The notes below the pieces were generated by a model. The model was given only the letters and a program-made list of their open reading frames with translations, searched no databases and had not been told where the DNA came from. Shown here piece by piece: positions 51,656-64,000 of a stretch of DNA of 64,000 bases (position 1 is the stretch's first letter; each line of letters begins with the position of its first letter). A program made the translations under genes and the position numbers. This DNA is from Lingula anatina (lineage: Eukaryota; Animalia; Brachiopoda), in the NCBI GenBank assembly GCA_051362555.1, contig CM120645.1, positions 1,922,001-1,986,000 of the forward strand. Direction: 5' to 3'.

Positions 51656-53722
51656 TCTCAAATGAACACGAGCGATGTTGGAGGTGGTTTCAACTCCTCC
51701 CATTTCACCACAACGTGGTGTTTTGAACTCTTGTATTGCTAGTGGCATGAAAGGTCGCCATCGAAGCATCCCCCGATTTTCCATATTATTCATTGCGTTT
51801 AAAATCAAACAGAAAATATACTACAGTAAAAAGAACAATGCTTGTTTGGTAACAAGCGTACCCTTAGCGTGGCGTCACGGATAAAGTTTTCTCGCGTTTC
51901 TTTTTCTCTCAAATACCAGATAAGCACTAATCTGTATAACTTTTTAATGATCAAAGCATTAAAAAAGTTTCTTAATTCACTATTTTCAATGATAATGTCA
52001 TTCAATTTCTCATCGGCATCAGTGTTGCTATTTTTTTACTTAAAACATTTTTAGAGTATGACAATTTCTTGGTCAGTTTTTAATTGGGTAACTAATCTAC
52101 AGTGCAAGTAATTGGCTCCGTCCACACAAGGTAGGATTTTATTAATCGTATTTATAGTTGGCGGATCCTTTTCGGGAAACAAGGGCCAGGGGGAAGAGGT
52201 TCGAGGTTTTTACAAGCATTTTAGGCCTGGTATCCATATTGGTCATGATAGTGGTTATACACAAATATATCAGATACTTTTGCAGGTTAACGTTTTTATT
52301 AAAGCAGAGGTGGTGCGTCCTTAATTTGAAGACACGAAATCTGACACGGGACGAGGAAATCTGCACACAAAGAGTTTGACTCCTAGTTTTTTCTTTTATT
52401 TTGATGATTTAACAACAATATGTATTTAAAGGTAAGGCGGATCTCAAAGTAATCCAATATCATTATCAACTTGTTGTCCAAAATATGTTTTTAATGAACG
52501 CAAACGGGCTTCAATCGACAAAAGTGAATTTCAAATTTAAACTGCGAGGGTGTTTTAGATTTCTTAAGATACACAAACAATATTGCGTCCTACAACATCG
52601 TGCTCTGTCAAAAACGGGTGTCAAATTTCAACCTAAAAGTCCGTCACATTTCTAGGTACGCTTCTGGACACCATTGTTACGGATTGCTTGATAAGCAAAC
52701 AACGGCGCCAGTGTGGTATTCTTTGATATGACCCCTGTTATGACATTCGAGGGAGTTGTTTACGGGAACTTCCCTACGACAGCAATGGCGGGAAACCGCC
52801 CCCTTTGTCCAACCATTCCAAACATACACCGTAGATCGGGCTGTTGCTATTCTGTGAGGCAACGGGCAAAGTATTACACAATCCCATACCAAAGTATGAA
52901 TGGTTCCAATATGGATCGATAAAAGGCAAAGCTTGGGTTAACCCGATCTTTTTGTACGCAAAACGCGACTTACCTCATCACCTTGAAAAAGGTAACCAAG
53001 ACACAGGGGATAAAAAAAAACCACCAGGAAATAACCCTCAAAGGAGAGACATCCATCACCGAGTGGTTTACCTCCAAAACCACCTATTTAGTTACGTGTA
53101 ACAGAGGAAGAAACCAGCCTCGCCTCCTTTACCGTGTTTAGTGGATACACACAATGCACGGTCATACGAGTTCCAGTGCTCCAAACACACCTTCACACAT
53201 AATCGATCACTCTTCGTACTAAACAAAATACCAAGCGATTATTTGAGGTTGTATTATCCATACGTCAATGGACTTAAAGCTGTGTACGCGGTGACCTGGA
53301 GACCAAGGGGCAGAAATTTGATGGACGCTGGGAAGGCACTGGGATTGAAAATAGCATCCCGGTTTTGATCTTTAGTGTCTTTTTAACTACCCATGTTTTA
53401 AAAAAATGGTTGATCAATTTCTCTTTTACAATTTTCAAAATAAATGAATGCATTTAACTAAAAAAATGAAATAACTGTGTATTCTGAGTAGATCATTACA
53501 AACTGCATGGTGAGATGTAGGCGAAATATAATTATACAGAATATTTTATAATTTTTCAAACAAGAGGGCTTTTGTAGATCTTGAACCTTAACGGTATCAA
53601 TCATTAATGCTTACGTAGCAATATATTGACAACAGGTTAGTTCATGTTATCATATTTTAAAAACGCAATGACGGGTACAGCTTCATTTACCTTTCATGTC
53701 CCCAAAAGAAAGTCTCATCTCT

Positions 53723-53778
<56 letters not shown>

Positions 53779-54511
53779 ACGATGTCTGCACTTGGGGACA
53801 CACCGCAACCACAATTCTGAGGTGATTCCATTCATTCAGAAATGCTTTTTAATATACCAAACGTGCCAAAGCCGGTGTTAAGCTTCATAATTTTGGCGGG
53901 GAACTAAAAGGTCACGATACACGAGCAAAACGGATAAGAACATATCAATAGATTTGTGCTTGTTGTTATCACCTATTTATATACCCTAGTACTCTCCTAG
54001 CCACAATTCATTTTCCAGTGTTAATTGGTCTGTATTAACAGATATGGCATAATCGTAAAGGCTTCTAGGAATTAAGGAGAGTTGTAAAATACTAGAAATG
54101 GAGACGTGGATGAACACTGTACTCCTGCCATATAACACCATAACGCTAACCAGTGTGTTACGACCAGAGGAGTGTGGGCTTGCAGAGTGTAAATTATGGA
54201 AATATCTATCAGTGCTTCACAATTTCCAGAGAACACACTGACATTCAAGCTCTAAAATCTGCTCAAAAATGACAAAGACAGCGTATCTTCACATGACTGG
54301 GGGATAATATTGTCTTTATGTATTTTTTTTTTTGGTGGAGGGGGGGGGTCATTATATGGTAATTTTTGTCAACAATAAAAATAGCTAATTATAAATCTAC
54401 TCCCAGTGAATATAGACAGTTGTACAACTTCATACAATTAATATCCAAATTAATACAGGTTTCAATTTTTTCAGATAAAAATGCTACATCTTATTAAAAT
54501 ATAGTACTCAC

Positions 54512-54611
54512 CTTCCGACGAACGCTGTTTGCAGGAAGAAAAATTGTCGAGGAATCCGATATCTCCTGTATGTCATGATGACATGTTGGCTGCGGAAGCT
54601 GTAACCGTTTC
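54512..54611 (-). ncRNA. Candidate 100-nt exon of the miRNA-cluster host (pri-miRNA/lncRNA) transcript
   Basis: Branch-like TATTGAC plus TTTTTTGTACTTTTTAG acceptor and AAG|GTGAGT donor. Same strand as, and upstream of, the miRNA cluster; no recognisable protein. Confidence 0.5.
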
Positions 54612-56639
54612 CTAAAAAGTACAAAAAAGTCAATATATTATTATAGCGGCGGGTTGTTACGACACGCATAAAATCTTCCATCTTCCAAACTTTGTTCCAT
54701 CTCGGTCTTCTGTGTTCACTACAAATTACCTATAATAGTACCTTGGCAACTGAAGTTATTCAATTTTCGTGCGTTTTGTAATGTTACAGTAGGTCAAGTA
54801 CACGTGAACAGCTACAGGTGACAAATAAATAGCCTCGTGTCTTCCTTGATGCTCCACCATTATTCGATTGAACTCCATCTTTAAACAAAAATTATGACCG
54901 GCAACTAACCCTCCCCCCTCTACACTGATAACCCCTTCCGTTAAATTCACTCGGTCTGAGGTCGTTTTAGGACAGTATTATGATCTAATGTCAGAAGTAC
55001 AACGGTTTATCTTACTCAACAGGTGCTACAGAAAAAGCCCTTCCTTGACGCATATATATAAACACGTCCCTGCACATAAACACGCTCGTGCTCACACACA
55101 CACACACACAATAAAATAATTTTAAAAAATTAAAAAAGCATCTATCATTTTGAACTCCGTCTGTCGGTCTAGCTATCCAATGTCTCCTTCCACGACCTGA
55201 CTATCTTCGCAACAAATGTCGTGGTTAATATGAGACATCAATTATTGAATCCCTCCACGTGGAATGGCTTCCAGTAGCTTCAGCACGCTGCGTGGGGCGT
55301 ACAGCGCTGCATGAGCCGCCAGTGACCGGCCACCGCCATGACGTAATGAGAAAATCCCAACACTGGTACCATGGAAACCACCTTGTACCATCGGTATAAT
55401 TATTATTGTTATTACTGTTGTTTTAAAAAATTCAGCATATTTGGTTTTACACAACACCATTCTTAGTTTTTTTGTTTGTTTTTTTTTTACTTCTCAGTCA
55501 TCTGAGACATGCTAACATTGCTTTGGGAAGTATGATCTATTAATTGTGTCCGATTGAAGTAAATTATGACTGTCACTATCAGAGTGACCAAATGACAGTA
55601 CTTCCTGATGAATAATGAATGTTTACATAAATATGTGTTTATACCAACTAACTTGAAACCAGTATCATAAACAAAGACATGTATATAACCTATTACTTGA
55701 AAACCTGCATCTTCTATAAAGATATATGTACATACCGATCTACTTGAGAACGTCCACGTTAAAATCTGCATCTTGTTGCAGAAACTGTTGTCCCTGGCAA
55801 CAAGGTGATTTCTAGTAATTTGCAAAAGCGTCACGGAATTTATCTTCGTATATAAACAGGATGACACATAATTTATAGACACAAGGACGTGCTTCTAAAG
55901 CGCCTCTTATATCACTCAGTTCATTCTATCAGGTTAAAGGTATAAAGACCAGACCCATTTTCGGACCACATCGTTAAATGTACCACCATGAAAATAGCTC
56001 ACACTAAATAAAAGTATGCTTCCGTCTTAGTATTCGATACCTACGTGAATTTAAATGTAACAAAATATAAAAAGGTAGAGATAACAGATTCGCAAGACGA
56101 ACGTACAATGCCATTTAATATACAGTCACAAACATCAAGTCACCCGATATTTTAGACAAAGGATAATATGATATGACAAAAAGGTTGGGTAGGTTCTTGC
56201 ACTGAGTACTTTCATCAAGGAAGTGAACGAAGACGAGGATCACGTTTACAACCGGGTAATGGGTGGTAAGTCTGCAATGACGGTTCACACTGCTCCAGTG
56301 CTCCATGTTCATATCTAATTAGTCTAAAACAGTGTAATGAGTACTCACATTGATTGCAATTAACAGGCTGAAGTCACGGGTTGTCACGCAAACGGTTTTG
56401 TCTTACAACGAAATAATTTTTACCTACGAAAACGTGATCCAAGATGCCTTTACCCTTTTATATCTAATAAGAAAGGAGTCGGTTCAGTTGAATGTATTAA
56501 AATGTTCCAGAGAACCCAACAAACCACCTACAAAGTCGTTCCTGCGAGGAAGCAGTGTATCGAGGCCAAATTATGAATAATACAAGACACTAACAACAAA
56601 TGAAACATCTTGTGCAAAGTGATCAATGAGTGTTGATGC

Positions 56640-56653
56640 GTTACCATGACAAC
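56640..56653. promoter_or_regulatory. RFX X-box GTTACCATGACAAC
   Basis: Exact match to the GTHNYYATRRNAAC consensus, upstream of a ciliated-sensory-cell miRNA cluster. Confidence 0.5.
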
Positions 56654-59600
56654 GGCGTGTTACCGCCGCGATGGCGTGTATGTAGCGACTTACCGAGAGT
56701 GGTTCTACATCTGCTGTGACAAAATGCAGTGTCAGACAATTCGTAGAAGATTAACGGTTCCCAAATAACAGATCTGATTAACTGCTTATGCTTCATGTGC
56801 CTGATTTGTGGGTGTGTATGTGTTAGGGTACACATACGTCTTTTTTTTTAATATAGTCTTAAGATTGAAAAATGCACCTCAAAACAATTGGGCACGTTTT
56901 CGTAAGTTTCATCAGGTATTTCTATATAATCTATTTTTCAAATATTTTCTTAAAATTTGTACCACGTTGACGCCGGTGGGTGTCGTCCACCGGTGACATG
57001 CTACTAAAGAGAGGTGTGGTCATAGAAGACAAGAAATGGGTGCCAAAGCTTCGTTCTCTCTCTCTCTCTCTCCCCCCCTCCCCAACTTCTCCCGGTCTTC
57101 AACTTTGGTAATCCGACAGCAGTCTCTATCAGAAATCCCCTTCGATTCTGATATTCGATTACGTAACTGATTGAGCAGAAGCCGAGAACGGCGTATCCTG
57201 AATTGGATTGAAGCAAGGCGACAATAAGGTATTAAGGGGCTTTACGCATAATACAGCGGATGCCCGTTATTATAACCTCTCATCTCCACAAACAATATTA
57301 ATATCAACCTATAGAATATAATTAGAATGAATCTGAGCTTAATATCTATAGTGCATGTGACTGTTGATATATATTTGATCACTGCCATTGAAAAGCGGTT
57401 TCTTTAAAATTGTATGGTGATAAAAATGGGTAAATTCAACGTATGTGGTTACGAGTACGTGTAGCTTGGTGGAATAAGTCAAGAATTTAAGTAGCACGTG
57501 CGCCAGTGTCATTATAAACCTTTTCTTGACAGGATATGTTCTTTACTAAAATTAACTTAATGAGATATCCGCGTTAACGGTATTAATAGTCTGGCAATTA
57601 GTTAATTTTCTATTCATCTTAGGGCTTCTTTATATATCATCGGGTATATAACGAACATCATTTCAATTTGTAATAATCCATGGAATTCTACACAATTCCG
57701 GTCTTACATCAATCAGTTGCACAACCTTTTGTAGCAACTTCTCTAAACAAAAACCTTGTGCTGGTTGCAGATGCTAATATAACAGTTACTTACTACTGAT
57801 GGGAACTGGACGTAAGGCTAGTCAAAGTAATAGCCTATACCTACACTTGTCCTATATTTGAAGTAGAAAAACTACAAAAAAATCTGCATTTACATCTGAA
57901 GCAAAAAGTCTTCACTTGTCTTGTGCCTGTACAATATAGCCTATCAATTCGACATGATAATTGTACAAAGAGACGAGAGTCTCTCATCTTCTATTCAAAC
58001 GGCAATCAGCAGAGCGATGTTTAACATACGATCTGCCACTAAAATCTGATTAATATTTTATTTCACACGTTGTGTATAAATCAGACTGTCAGTGTATCTC
58101 ATTAGCAAAATGTGATACGCCATGCAGCCATACGTACGATGTTATGTCGACTGAGTTAGGAGTTGACGTGTTGAAAAACATTAAAATCCAACAAGTAAAT
58201 TAAATCATGACTTAATAATCATAAGGTACACGTGTAGAACTGTTCGTCAGTAGCAGCAAAATCAATAGAGGAGGAAAGGAAATTGTCGAACGAATTTTTC
58301 GTAACAATTTTTCTGTAAGGGCTTTGAAAATATATTATTGAATGGTGTTGTACTCGTTGCTTTTATTTCTTAAAAAAATGTGAAGAAATGACCAATTATC
58401 TAGCCTTCCTTTGACGATTATGTTTGACCACAATTTCGGCAACAGGTGGAAGTTATTTTTTCCTATATAATAAATCAGTCTCATAGGAAACACGTGGTGC
58501 ACGTTTAACACCATGTCCCGGTACAATTTCGTTAAAATTACGCAATATCACCCGGCTTCCCCGTTATTAGCTCACTCCAAGATCCGGCAGAGAGCCCTCA
58601 TCTCCTGTACATTAATAATAAGGGGGACAGGTATTTCATCTTTATCGTCGTTAACATCTGCAGTCTGGGAGCCCTCATCACAGCGTTCATGATGCAGATC
58701 ACACGATGCGCACGCACCGTTCAGGAAGTGTCCTCCTAAAATGGCGGAAACTCCCCGGCTCTAATGTCTCCCATATTGATTTAACATTGAGATTAAACGC
58801 ATGCATTATACTGCCTACTACTACCACACGATGTTATCGAGTGCGAAACTGAAAGAAAACGAGGAAGATACCCGCAAACTAAAACACCACCCTCCCTAGC
58901 TCTGATACTAAAGTGCTTAGTTTAGAAATTTACCTGGACGGGGTCGGAGTCATGACCGTCTGAGCCAGCGCCCTGTAAACTGTCCCGCCACACCCAATGC
59001 CATTCATTTGCACGGGCACAATTGCGGAAATTTGACGTCTAATGAAACTGAGGCTGGAATTGGGTCAATAAAACGTGGAAGTAATAATACGTCGAGGAGC
59101 GATCGATACCTCATCATCTCTTAGCGCCAGAGCTACAGGTAGAGCAGATCACCTGGCTTTCAATATGTCCGTACTTTACGACAGCGCCTAGCGTCCCTTC
59201 TTTCCTCTGCCGCATGCTCCGTTTAAACCAAACAGAGGGAGGGAGTGGAGGGAGAAGAATGCAGTGCGGGGCGAAGAATAGAGGCTCCCAGCGGCTCACG
59301 CCATTGGATGCCCGGTCGACCACAGTCATCAGTTTTCTTTCTTATTCAAATGACCAACATGCCGCTCTCTTTGTAAAGTAGTAGTTTCCCTGCAGGCTTT
59401 TGCATTCATGGACAATGAAGCGTAGCGTGCATGAGCAGACGATGTGCACTCCGCACAGCTTGTTTGGCGGGAAGGGATTGTCGTCTGCTCTGATGGTGAT
59501 TAGTCTCACAGAACGCTCGTACAAATGGAAATGACACACTATTCAAACATTATTTTCAAATGAATTTGTACTCAGTCGATCGTCCTCCCACTACGCGCCG

Positions 59601-62600
59601 AGAACCGTGTGTGAATTCGTCCGCGTTTCAAATATGCTCAATGGAAATTTGACTGAAATCGGATCCCGTGCACTTAATGACATTCCAGTACAGGTGAATG
59701 TAGGTACCTGACATTTGTTTTACAAATATCTGCCGGTCAGCTGGAATCTGTGGAGTCCGGAATGTTTAACCGTTGGTCTCGCAGACGACAATCCCACAAG
59801 GCAACGGTGAAAAAACCGTGCCACCAAAACCCGAACGGGGACACTTGTCAGCTTTCTTTCTTCCTATTGCTATTATCATTTTTTCTGGTCACGGTATTCA
59901 ATCTTTTAACCAGAGAAAGAAAATAAAAACATACTTCACACAAGGGAACACTAGTTTACCCTCTTCTAAAAATAGGACGAATTTGAAACGGGCTCCACGG
60001 CCTCGATATAGGGCAGCTTTTTGAGGTCCTTTTAAGGCCGTTGACACAGTTCCGTGTTATTTAAGGGATACACATAACAAAGTAAACCTATGTCGATATT
60101 AAACTAAATAATATAGATCTTCCTCCTACTCCACGCTCTGTTTGTTTGTCATATGAATAGCCTAGCATTCGGTGACACGTTGCATGCGGGAACAACACAC
60201 ATACGTATGCTCCATTTACTTGGGGATGACAATGCTTTTATTGCGATGACACGTTGAACCGAAAATGTCATATTTACATCATGTGTCATGTTTACTTTTA
60301 TTATCCAATGATCATAAATGTGAAACGGGGAATCGTTTTGTATAACAAGAAGGTGTATCTTCTAAATGGGAATTATTGTATAAGGAGCTTTACTATTGTT
60401 AGAATTGTACACGCAGAGGGGCATCAACTGCAAAAATTGTCGTTCCACAAATTAAACTTTAAAAAAATCGCCTCGAAGTTGTTATTAAACAGGTAGTATG
60501 CACAACAATTAAAACACGTTTCATCTGCCCTTCCAATACTACAAAAAGGTATATCATTAGCACTGAATAATGCAAAATGTCGCACACACATTTGGATAAG
60601 TATATACGTAAACCCACATTATTCTATATTAACACTGCATGCAGGTGCTAATTCCAAATATATTTCAGAAGAAATCATCTACTGTCAGTAGGTTTTTATT
60701 TTTATCTCGTGACTTCACGATCCGATTACCCCCGCTTGGATGGCGAAACCCAAGACAAGGCATAATTACTAACGCAAGGTAAAGGCAGTCCGCGGGCGAC
60801 ATGTAGCTGAACAGCAGCAGCGACTTGGTTTTCACTGGAATTTTGCCGAGAGGTGGGTTGGGGGGGGGGGGGAGGGGGCACGAGTATGAACATATTTAAT
60901 ACAAAACGGTGGACTATAATATGAAAGGCACAGGAATGGAAAATTGCTTTCTTGTTTTTGTCTAATTTGGATTTTATACCATTTTTTGTGGGGGGGGGGG
61001 GGGGGGGAGGCTCTATAGTCAAGGGAGGGGATATGATATGTCCACTGGGGCCTCAACTTCAACATACACCGACTGACTACCACAAGTTTGACGGACATTA
61101 CCAGCTAGTATTGGCAGGGGTCTCCTGTCAACATTCATATGCCGTGTTATAGACGACGTAGAGGTTTTATTAACAGTCAGTTTCAAACCAAATGCGACCC
61201 AGCGCCGTCATCGTGACGTTACTTTCTAATGATAAACTGACGGACCGAAACCCCGGCCACATATACACTTGCCCAAATCTCATCCAGCTCTAGGTAGATA
61301 ATTTGTTACAAATGCACAACAGACTAGTCTGGGGAGTATACAGTAACTTCACAATAAATAAATAAATCCGAACTTTTGATAAATCAGAAAGTGCCTCGCC
61401 AACATGATGCAAACAATACATACCCCAAACAAAAACTCAAAATAATGGCGCCCGTTCTAGTCCAATGTGGGCGATATATTCCATACATGGCCTTTAAAAT
61501 ACTGCTTAGCTGAAACACGTGCCTTGAGCATAGACCCCCCACCTCCACCCACCCACCAAAAAAAAAAAGGAAAATAGTGGGAGATGCGTTGACCTCAACA
61601 CGCTGCCCCCCCCCCCCAAGTTCCTCTCATCCTTTACTAGTTTGTGGTATGTCAACATGGCTGAAGTGCACTTGCCGAGTATTTCTGAGGTCGCTTTCAC
61701 CTTGTATTGACACAAAAGACCAAAGCCGGGTTCACAAGAAAACGTTGGTCGAAAACTGGCCTCACTTTAAGATTTAGTCTTGTCTATAGTCTAAGTTAAC
61801 CCAGAGTGTAACTGAAGTAGTCAACTAAAATAAAGTTATTGTTTTGAAAGTAAATCACATTAATTAAAAAAATAATAAACCTCTCTCGGCGTGGACTTGT
61901 CGCCTCACGAAGATTTCTGATTATTTAGGATTTTGGAAAATTTTGAGTGGGTAGGGCTAGGGGGTAGGGAGGGAGGGGGTGTAATGTTAGTTTATGTGTC
62001 TGTGGTGAAGAACTTTTCTGTCAAAAAGCTTCGTGACCGTTTGTCTAAAAGCTCCTGCGTGGGATCATATTTCTACAAACTCGACAATTCAAAGCCATGT
62101 CTCCGTTAAGGATATTACTAATCAATTGTAAACATTTCTTTTCAATGGCACTGTACAGGAGTACATAGAGTCGTAGTAGAACACGGTGCCTTCGGAAGTG
62201 ATGGTCACCCTCAACTATTAAACACAGGGAAGTCAGCTGTAGTTACATACCTAGAAACTCCGCCATCTTTGCTCCAAAGGTTGAATGTCCCATTTGTTTT
62301 TCCTTCCAAGTCAAATCAATGCGTCTCTTCAATGTTTCATCTGTCAAAGGAAAAAATAAGAGCACTCTTGATAAAAACTCAGTATATACTGTCAAAGAAC
62401 CGATGTTACAGCGCTCCGTTTCGACTTATTTCACATGTACATTTTGCAAGCCTAATATCGTGTTTTTCTATCATTTATATGGATGACTGTCCAATAATAG
62501 CATAGTTTCTTTCTACACACGCACATGTATATGCTTTCAAACCTTGCCTATTATCGCCTCTGCTCAAGTCACTGTTTCATCTATCAACTGAATTAATAGT

Positions 62601-64000
62601 TTATGATATTTTTATTTTTATATTATCAAATTTTAGTTGCCTATAATCTATGTAACTGACCCAGTAACACGGAGGTGTGGGGTAAATTTCTTTCGCCAGA
62701 GAGAGAGAGTAAGAGAGAGAGAGAGAGAGAGAGAGTGAAAGAGAGAAAGAGAGTGAGAGAGAGAGAGACGGCTGGAGAGAGAGTGGAGTTCGCAGTGTAT
62801 CAAAATTAATAGCTTATGTCTGAAGAATCCGCGTTTCACTCACATCGTTGGAAAATGTTCATATACCTGCCCTTAAAAGATCATTTCACACCTTAACAAG
62901 TCGACCACAAATGAAACATCACAACACCCGAGAATTGCTTTTATCACAACTATATGTCAGACACTTCAGTTGAACAACGGACATCACTCTTATTGTATCC
63001 GAATTCGATAAATAATATAACAGACCGAGACACGCATGTTGTTGAAACCACAAGCACAACGCTATGAAACTGCAGCAAACATTTGAAAAATACATATCTG
63101 AAAAATACACACGACTAGATAGACATCTTCATCAAATGCGAGATGGAAAAAATTAGAGGAATCATTAGCAGACCGAACGCTTCAGCAGTTCCATTCTTTA
63201 TATTCTAGTATTTTCCAACGGTTATGGAGACGACAACCTTACTCGCCATTGGTCACACAATGTCGAGTGATGACAACCCTGGCAATAATGGCATTGGGGC
63301 GTTGGCTTGGTGAGAGAAATTATATATATTGAGTCTTCCCGCGGTAATCTATCACTGTCACTATAGCTATCACTTCGCGTGGATTTAGTCGTATTGCCGA
63401 TAGTCACATTTAGGGTAATATGTCATATATTTTGTCACAACAATTCTCTGGCAATTGATCTAGAAATGGGAAATCATTAATAATCATAATTCATCCTATA
63501 TTTCTATGAGTCAAATTGTAGAAATTGTCTAACAGGGGTTGAGAAGTCCCCGCCAGCGCCAAGGCGGCTCGTGGAAATATGTTAACCCTGTTATTGCATA
63601 TTAAAAAGGTAGTAACACCAAGGATGTGAATCCCTTACCTGTATCTGTACAGCTAGACTGATCCACAGCTACACTGATCTCCGTGGAGTCATGTAACAAC
63701 ATAAAGACCTTGAGAAAAACGCGGGAGTGACCAACAAGTCCACGGGCGCGTGAACCACCTGACCGTCCAGCGAGGGTCACCTGACCCCCAGTCCGGCAAC
63801 GTGGCCCGCTGTCCATCCACATTTTGTCCTCCGCGTTCTACTTACTGGGAGAGAAAGAGAACTCCTTGCACTCAAGTCGAGCGTTAGATCGAACAATAAC
63901 TGAGTAATATAGCTTCCTCTGTGACGTGACGTAACTGGCCTCCGTTTATGCCATTGGTCAATATGCTACAATGCTGGACCTCGTAGAGAATGGATACCAT

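Noticed and set aside
62144-62192. AATGGCACTG on the plus strand: a fourth miR-183 paralogue or an autoregulatory target site
   Set aside because: Only ~8 bp of the hairpin pair. Similar 8-9-mers occur in gamma-COP introns (~25638, ~35165), so chance is sufficient.
63112-63133. GACTAGAT miR-279-like seed
   Set aside because: No complementary arm or hairpin.

Overview
Animal genomic DNA, AT-rich with GT-AG introns. The miRNA sequences point to a lophotrochozoan, possibly a mollusc (inference). Left half: two Golgi/endosome trafficking genes head-to-head across a 766-bp gap. MON2 (minus strand) has 19 coding exons at 23145-13148 and then a >13-kb intron running off the window. Gamma-COP (plus strand) has 24 coding exons at 23912-35971 plus a probable 27-nt cassette exon. 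Next come two intronless minus-strand ORFs: an unrecognised 385-aa multipass membrane protein and a GT31 beta-1,3-galactosyltransferase-type enzyme. The right half has no recognisable protein gene. It carries a complete minus-strand miR-183/miR-182(263b)/miR-96 cluster with RFX X-boxes and candidate host-transcript exons. Most unusual: (i) three independent tandem duplications anchored on exon 3' ends plus their 5' splice sites (8x63 bp in-frame in gamma-COP, 6x67 bp in MON2 with a palindromic MITE inside, and one old decayed copy); (ii) a 3-nt Lys microexon-like site in the giant MON2 intron with AC in place of the AG acceptor; (iii) a consensus X-box forming the loop of pre-miR-183. All coordinates were read by eye and homologies are from memory; no searches were run.
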